DNA of 64,000 bases from Pirellulales bacterium (GTDB lineage Bacteria > Planctomycetota > Planctomycetia > Pirellulales > PALSA-1355), in the NCBI GenBank assembly GCA_963733035.1, contig CAVTBU010000006.1, positions 384,001 through 448,000 of the forward strand. The letters run 5' to 3'. Shown one piece after another: positions 60,859 to 64,000 of this stretch. How positions within the stretch are numbered: the first letter of the stretch is position 1; the number at the start of each line of letters is the position of its first letter. The notes beneath the pieces are model-generated. The model was not told where the DNA came from and made no database searches. It saw only the letters and a program-made list of their open reading frames with translations. The translations under genes and the position numbers were made by a program.

Positions 60859-62067
60859 ATGACTTCTCGCACGGCCGCCGCATCGGAGAGGGGCGTTCTT
60901 GCCGGGCAGCGCGTGGCGCTCGTCGGCAAACTTGCGGGAATGTCGAAACGCGAAGCCCAGCAACTCGTTCGAGAGCACGGCGGCGCGACGACGGACCGCG
61001 CCGACGCGGATACTACGCTCGTTGTCGTGGGGGAGAAAGACGCGGCTTATGCCACGACTGCGGCTCGTGCGGCCCTCGATGACGCCGCCAGTCAAGCATT
61101 GCAGCGCGGAACACTCTCCATCATCAGCGAGTCGCAACTTTGGCAGCAACTAGGGCTGGTCGACTGCCAGCACGAAGCCCAGCAACTCTACACGCCCGCG
61201 ATGTTGGCCGGACTGGTGGGTGCCAGCGTCTCGACGATCCGTCGTTGGCAGCGACACGGCTGGCTGATTCCCAAGCGCGAGGTGCGCCGATTGGCGTATT
61301 TCGACTTTCAAGAGGTGGCGACTGCCAGACGCTTGCAGGAATTGCTCGCCGCTGGCATGACTCCCCCGGCCATCGGCAAAACGCTCGCGACTCTCGCACG
61401 TCAATTACCCGAATTCAAAAGGCCGCTTGCTGAACTATCGATCGTCGTGCAAGGAAAGCAATTGCTCGTACGGCAGGACGGTGGTTTGATCGAACCGGGC
61501 GGGCAGCTGCGGTTCGACTTTGAAGCCGCCAGCGAAGTATCCACAGCCGACACCCCTTCTCGGCCCAGCAACGCGGCCGAAATCTTGTCGTTCGCCCCAA
61601 TCGCCAATTCCCCGGCTTCGTCGGAACAACTGGTCGAAGCGGCCATCCAACTCGAAGAGCAAGGTGAGTCCCTGGCCGCTACCGAAATGTATCGTGCGGC
61701 GCTCGCCGCGGGAGGGCCGAGTGCGGAGACGTGCTTTCTGTTGGCCGAGTTGCTTTACCAATTGCACGACCTATCGGCTGCCCGTGAGCGCTACTACATG
61801 GCCGTGGAACTTGACGAAGACTACGTCGAGGCCCGGGCGAACTTAGGATGCGTGCTGGCAGAGCTGGGGGAACTGGAATTGGCCGTGAGCGCATTCCAGG
61901 GCGCGTTGGCGTTTCACGACGACTATGAGGACGTCCACTATCACCTGGGCCGTACGCTCGATGCGCTTGACCGTCGCGACGAGGCGGATATCCACTGGGA
62001 AGCCTTTTTGAACCTGGCTCCATCGAGCCCCTGGGCCGACGAGGCTCGCGAGCGGTTGGGCCGCTAA
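60859..62067 (+). CDS. BRCT + MerR-type HTH + TPR protein
   Basis: LAGQRVALVGKLAGMSKREAQQLVREHGG..LVVVG (BRCT). YTPAMLAGLVGASVSTIRRWQRHGWL (MerR HTH). C-terminal TPRs (ARANLG, VHYHLG). Confidence 0.85.
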   Translation: MTSRTAAASERGVLAGQRVALVGKLAGMSKREAQQLVREHGGATTDRADADTTLVVVGEKDAAYATTAARAALDDAASQALQRGTLSIISESQLWQQLGLVDCQHEAQQLYTPAMLAGLVGASVSTIRRWQRHGWLIPKREVRRLAYFDFQEVATARRLQELLAAGMTPPAIGKTLATLARQLPEFKRPLAELSIVVQGKQLLVRQDGGLIEPGGQLRFDFEAASEVSTADTPSRPSNAAEILSFAPIANSPASSEQLVEAAIQLEEQGESLAATEMYRAALAAGGPSAETCFLLAELLYQLHDLSAARERYYMAVELDEDYVEARANLGCVLAELGELELAVSAFQGALAFHDDYEDVHYHLGRTLDALDRRDEADIHWEAFLNLAPSSPWADEARERLGR

Positions 62068-62297
62068 CTTTCTCCGGCAAAGGCGATTCCGCCCCAGCTC
62101 CGCCATATTTTTCTTGACTATTTGCCGACCTCCTGCCTGGGGCACGCACCTTGGCAAAATTCGGGGGATACCTTATCCTTCCAAGTGCGCCACGGAGGGC
62201 AACCAACGGGACGAAAGGCGGCATCTCGGGTGCTTGGTGGCAGACCCCGGTGGATCTCCTTTCCTGCAGGGCTCTTCCTACGGCAGCACGCTAGGGT

Positions 62298-63659
62298 ATG
62301 AACGAATTTCTGTTTCAGTACCACAAGGTCCACCCGACGACCTGGGTCTATCTGTCGTCGCTGTTGACCATCGGTTTGTTCTTTAAGTTCAGCCGGGTTT
62401 GGAGCGTTCGCAATCTGGACCTGATCGGCTTGATCATGCTGGCTCCCGGCCTGCTAATGGTCGAGTACGGTTTGGCCCAGCACAGCGATCGCATCCAGCA
62501 GGCCGGATATGTCTGGCTGTTCGCCACCGGCGCACTCTTCATGATCCGCTTGCTGCTCGATCCGGTCATGGTCCGCCGCCCCCTGTTGGAACCGAACCTT
62601 TCGGCCGGGGCGATGACGTTCATGGGTGTATCGGCCGTCATTTTCTTGCTGGCCAACGTGCTCAACAGCCAGATGGAGCCCGACGATCTGGCGGGTGTCA
62701 AGGGAGCCGAGCACGTGCAGGCGCTCGAGTCGCCAAGTCCCGAGGAAAAGCAAGATCTAGCGACGCATGGCCCAGGCTATCCGCTGTTGCACCTGTTGCC
62801 GAGTTTGTCGACGCAGGCCCTGCTGATCGAAGACACGGCCCGCCAGACGCCGCAAGAGCGCGACATCCGCCGCGACCGGGTTCGCATTGCCACGGCTCGG
62901 ACGATGGCCATCCTGGCCCAACTGGCGATCGTGGTAGGGATGGTGCTGATCGGCTTCTATCACTTCGACAACATTCGCACAGGGATCGCCGCGGCGACAC
63001 TCTATTTGCTGTTGCCCTATACGGCGCAGCTGACCGGTCGCGTCGGACACGTGGTGCCGGCTGCGCTGCTCATTTGGGCGGTCGTTACCTACCGTAGACC
63101 GTTCATTTCCGGCATGTTCATCGGGCTGGCAATTAGTGCCATTTACTACCCGTTGTTCTTGCTGCCGCTGTGGATGGGCTTCTATTGGCAGCGGGGATTG
63201 CTGCGGTTCTCGGTCGGGGTGGCAACGACGTTGGCCGTTTCCGTGGCATCGCTGGCGTTTATCTCGGATAGCCCGGCGTCGTTCTGGTCGCAGGTACAAC
63301 AGATGTTTGGCTGGACGAGCTTGTCTACCAACAACCTGCAAGGCTTCTGGGGCCTGGAAGTTCTCAATCCTGCCTACCGGTATCCGGTGCTCGTCATGCT
63401 GATCGTGTTTTGCGTTAGCTTGGCGATCTGGCCGGCGCAGAAGAATCTCGGCACGCTGATGAGCTGTTCGGCGGCCGTGATGCTGGCCACACAGTTCTGG
63501 TTGCCCAACGGCGGCGGGCTGTACATGGCCTGGTACCTGCCCCTGACGCTACTGACGATCTTCCGCCCAAACCTCGAAGACCGCGTTGCGCTCTCGGTTT
63601 TGGGCGAGGGCTGGTTTCCCAAGCGCCGCCCTAAATTCGGCGTCGTCCAGGCCGCATAA
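62298..63659 (+). CDS. Polytopic membrane protein, possibly a GT-C-fold glycosyltransferase
   Basis: About 10-12 TM helices. GPGYPLL, LYLLLPY, YYPLFLLP, YMAWYLP patterns. Confidence 0.6.
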   Translation: MNEFLFQYHKVHPTTWVYLSSLLTIGLFFKFSRVWSVRNLDLIGLIMLAPGLLMVEYGLAQHSDRIQQAGYVWLFATGALFMIRLLLDPVMVRRPLLEPNLSAGAMTFMGVSAVIFLLANVLNSQMEPDDLAGVKGAEHVQALESPSPEEKQDLATHGPGYPLLHLLPSLSTQALLIEDTARQTPQERDIRRDRVRIATARTMAILAQLAIVVGMVLIGFYHFDNIRTGIAAATLYLLLPYTAQLTGRVGHVVPAALLIWAVVTYRRPFISGMFIGLAISAIYYPLFLLPLWMGFYWQRGLLRFSVGVATTLAVSVASLAFISDSPASFWSQVQQMFGWTSLSTNNLQGFWGLEVLNPAYRYPVLVMLIVFCVSLAIWPAQKNLGTLMSCSAAVMLATQFWLPNGGGLYMAWYLPLTLLTIFRPNLEDRVALSVLGEGWFPKRRPKFGVVQAA

Positions 63660-63672
63660 GATGCCAAAACGC

Positions 63673-64000
63673 TTACCGTGCCCCGTCTCGGCGGGCGTCT
63701 AGCGTCTTGGGTTTGCGCTGGGACACGTACCAGTACTTCCAGGCTTTGACGTCGAAGTTGAAGCTGGTGCCACCGGTTAGCTCTACCAGCGATTGCAACA
63801 CGTCGCGGTTTTCGAACGTCCGCTTGACCGTTTGAGTGCTACTTCCACCGAACGTGAACCCGCCGCCACCTCCGCCTTGTCCCGAACTGAACGTGCTCGA
63901 CATCTGTCCCGGCTGCCCCTTCTGAATGACGAATGTATGCGTCGTTACCAGGGCGTCGATCAATGGACTGATGGCCATCGGATCCTTCAGCAAACCAAGT
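63673..64000 (-). CDS. C-terminal part of a HEAT-repeat-like planctomycete protein (5' end outside the window)
   Basis: AISPLIDALVT, Gly-rich loop, NRDVLQSLVELTG..FDVKAWKYW. Confidence 0.6.
   Translation of the reverse strand, partial: LGLLKDPMAISPLIDALVTTHTFVIQKGQPGQMSSTFSSGQGGGGGGFTFGGSSTQTVKRTFENRDVLQSLVELTGGTSFNFDVKAWKYWYVSQRKPKTLDARRDGAR

Noticed and set aside
62140..62155. Second sigma-54 promoter (GGGCACGCACCTTGGC)
   Set aside because: The -24 half is good, but -12 reads TTGG instead of TTGC. It would only be valid if a G is an indel error.

Overview
GC-rich bacterial chromosomal window, most likely a planctomycete (Pirellulales-like). The lineage call rests on DUF1501, a YTV-repeat protein, DUF4159/MoxR/BatA cluster, PEP-CTERM, HEAT-repeat and DUF1080 genes. 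It holds about 50 mostly housekeeping or accessory CDS. I see no rRNA, tRNA, CRISPR array or transposase. At least 10 genes, including lptD, are split by 1-2 bp frameshifts, which look like long-read indel errors rather than true pseudogenes. Most notable: (1) a near-consensus sigma-54 promoter with an upstream GCAC-N7-GTGC palindrome that points into about 480 nt of densely hairpinned sequence with no convincing ORF (candidate novel ncRNA, 8980-9641); (2) an ethanolamine-utilisation cluster with no microcompartment genes in the window, made of an in-frame EutB-EutC fusion, EutA, an ACT-family (Hnm1/BAT1-like) permease and an adjacent cytochrome P450; (3) a recurring AT-rich 11-7-11 quasi-palindrome in three promoter regions; (4) a YTV protein with mirror-symmetric 16-aa repeat arms; (5) a canonical qNOR coupled to a cupin, a LarA-superfamily epimerase, a probably inactive prepilin peptidase and a BRCT-MerR-TPR protein. 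All family calls come from motif recognition by eye, with no database searches.
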